In this document: positions 6,571 to 7,445 of the stretch, one piece after another
Layout: each line of letters begins with the position of its first letter
Position numbering within the stretch: the first letter of the stretch is position 1
NCBI GenBank assembly: GCA_016840425.1
Contig: JAEOSI010000110.1
Coordinates: 1-7,445, forward strand
Reading direction: 5' to 3'
Origin: Candidatus Wukongarchaeum yapensis
GTDB lineage: Archaea > Asgardarchaeota > Wukongarchaeia > Wukongarchaeales > Wukongarchaeaceae
DNA length: 7,445 nt
Program-made: the position numbers and the translations under genes
Notes under the pieces: generated by a model
Database searches by the model: none
What the model was told of the DNA's origin: nothing
Seen by the model: only the letters and a program-made list of their open reading frames with translations

Positions 6571-6722
6571 CATCGGGGGTTTTTAAAGAGCAGTGATAGC
6601 CCCATAAAAGCCTAGAAATCTTAGAGAAGAACACGCTAAAAACACTCCCATTAGAAAAATCTTCCTAAGAAAGGGGTTTCCTGATTCCTTCCTTTGAATC
6701 CTGCTTAAAAAACCCCCCGATG
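6571..6722. other. Unannotated 152-nt element closed by a ~22-nt imperfect inverted repeat, with nested internal helices (candidate ncRNA)
   Basis: CATCGGGGGTTTTTAAAGAGCAG (6571-6593) pairs with CTGCTTAAAAAACCCCCCGATG (6701-6722). Four further internal helices were found by hand. Confidence 0.5.
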
Positions 6723-6875
6723 TAATCCTTTTAACAACAAATTTTTAGGTTTCTAGACAAGCTTTAAACTGGTGTTAAACCTGTTTTTTCAAATTGTAGA
6801 AAGCAAATCTTAGCCTTCATATTCATAATAATCTTGCCTTAGATGTCTAACTACGTTTAATAATCAAAAAGCATC

Positions 6876-6882
6876 AAAAAAA
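6876..6882 (-). terminator. Oligo-T (T7) terminator downstream of tRNA-Gln
   Basis: Seven A on the + strand about 20 nt past the tRNA 3' end, with a second A5 tract at 6866-6870. Confidence 0.5.
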
Positions 6883-6903
6883 GCCTGTTTAGTGATTTTA
6901 TTA

Positions 6904-7007
6904 TGGTAGCCCGGGCCAGATTCGAACTGGCGTTTCAGGGTCCAAAGCCCTGAATGCTTAACCGTAAAACTTTTTTTGCGTTTCTTTGGCCGCTACACCA
7001 CCGGGCT
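6904..7007 (-). tRNA. trnQ: tRNA-Gln (anticodon TTG) with a 28-nt intron in the D-loop (position 21/22; 6958-6985) and encoded CCA
   Basis: Minus strand reads AGCCCGG TG GTGT AGCGGCCAA [AGAAACGCAAAAAAAGTTTTACGGTTAA] GCAT T CAGGG CTTTGGA CCCTG AAAC GCCAG TTCGAAT CTGGC CCGGGCT A CCA. The mature product is 76 nt and all stems pair. A1-U72 is typical of archaeal tRNA-Gln. Confidence 0.95.
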
Positions 7008-7050
7008 TTCAAGGTTTTAGTATTAGTAAGATCTTCTAACATTGACACAG

Positions 7051-7060
7051 TTTTAATAAA
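7051..7060 (-). promoter_or_regulatory. Putative TATA box of the tRNA gene
   Basis: TTTATTAAAA on the minus strand, 44-53 nt upstream of the mature tRNA 5' end. Confidence 0.4.
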
Positions 7061-7236
7061 CAGCAAACTATTTTATATTTATTCATTTCAGAATTTAAAA
7101 AATTTTTACATTTTTAGGTTTTTGGTTGGATTAACTTAACTTATTGTTGGCAGAAGAAAAAATAAAATCGGTTCCAAACGCTTTATTAAAGTTATATATC
7201 AGAGAGAATAAAACTTGAACGGGGAGATGTAGATGC

Positions 7237-7445
7237 TCAACCAAGTTTACTTTGTCTTTTACGTTTGATAGGGTGTTTCTTTTTCGCCCCTATATTGGTT
7301 AAGGCTAATTTTATGATATTGGCAACCTTTTTTTCAACTTGGGTTTCAATATCTTCTGAAGTGGGGGCAACAATTATTACCAGTTGAAAATCTTTATCGT
7401 TCAATACTTTTATACTGTTTATAACCCTAAGTAATGTGCCTTCGC
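7237..7445 (-). CDS. 3' end of a CDS running off the window; weak resemblance to a GT-A/GT2 glycosyltransferase N-terminal region, possibly truncated
   Basis: Frame open from 7443 to TGA at 7239-7237: EGTLLRVINSIKVLNDKDFQLVIIVAPTSEDIETQVEKKVANIIKLALTNIGAKKKHPIKRKRQSKLG*. The family resemblance is a weak impression only. Confidence 0.5.
   Translation of the reverse strand, partial: EGTLLRVINSIKVLNDKDFQLVIIVAPTSEDIETQVEKKVANIIKLALTNIGAKKKHPIKRKRQSKLG

Noticed and set aside
6661-6682. ORB-like sequence (TTCCTAAGAAAGGGGT) suggesting a replication origin
   Set aside because: Single degenerate match, no TTCCAxTGGAAA core, no repeated ORBs, and no cdc6/orc1 in the window.
6571-6722. SECIS element, Moco riboswitch, SRP RNA or RNase P RNA
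   Set aside because: No gene in the window has an in-frame UGA; the UGAU/UGAU quartet is not followed directly by a SECIS helix II; the Moco match is only fragmentary and the element is not 5' of a gene; it is too short and lacks SRP or RNase P signature motifs.
6954-7139. 61-aa + strand ORF
   Set aside because: It overlaps the tRNA antisense and its AT-rich promoter and has no motifs.
6481-7236. Integrated element attachment site at the tRNA
   Set aside because: No duplicated tRNA 3' fragment, integrase or transposase is visible in the window.
1-7445. CRISPR array, rRNA, or Sec/Pyl recoding
   Set aside because: No regularly spaced repeats and no rRNA-like segment; all recognisable proteins appear complete at their first stop codon.

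Overview
Archaeal genomic window, inferred to be Asgard-like. Support for archaeal origin: an A1-U72 tRNA-Gln, a tRNA intron, TATA-like and GGTGA-type translation/transcription signals, and an archaeal-type HypB. Support for Asgard-like: two adjacent eukaryote-like genes. Left to right: 3' end of a membrane-protein gene; three minus-strand genes (class-V PLP enzyme lacking the desulfurase Cys, DUF362 protein, cytoplasmic sulfite-oxidase-family Mo enzyme); hypB with a His/acidic N-terminus; a DUF59 protein that resembles eukaryotic CIA2/FAM96 along its whole length, head-to-head with a ribophorin I (RPN1/Ost1)-like glycoprotein; a 152-nt unannotated nested stem-loop element; tRNA-Gln(TTG) with a 28-nt D-loop intron; and the 3' end of another CDS. 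Best leads are the CIA2-like/ribophorin-like pair, the structured element at 6571-6722 and the non-canonical tRNA intron. All family calls come from motif recognition by eye; no searches were run.
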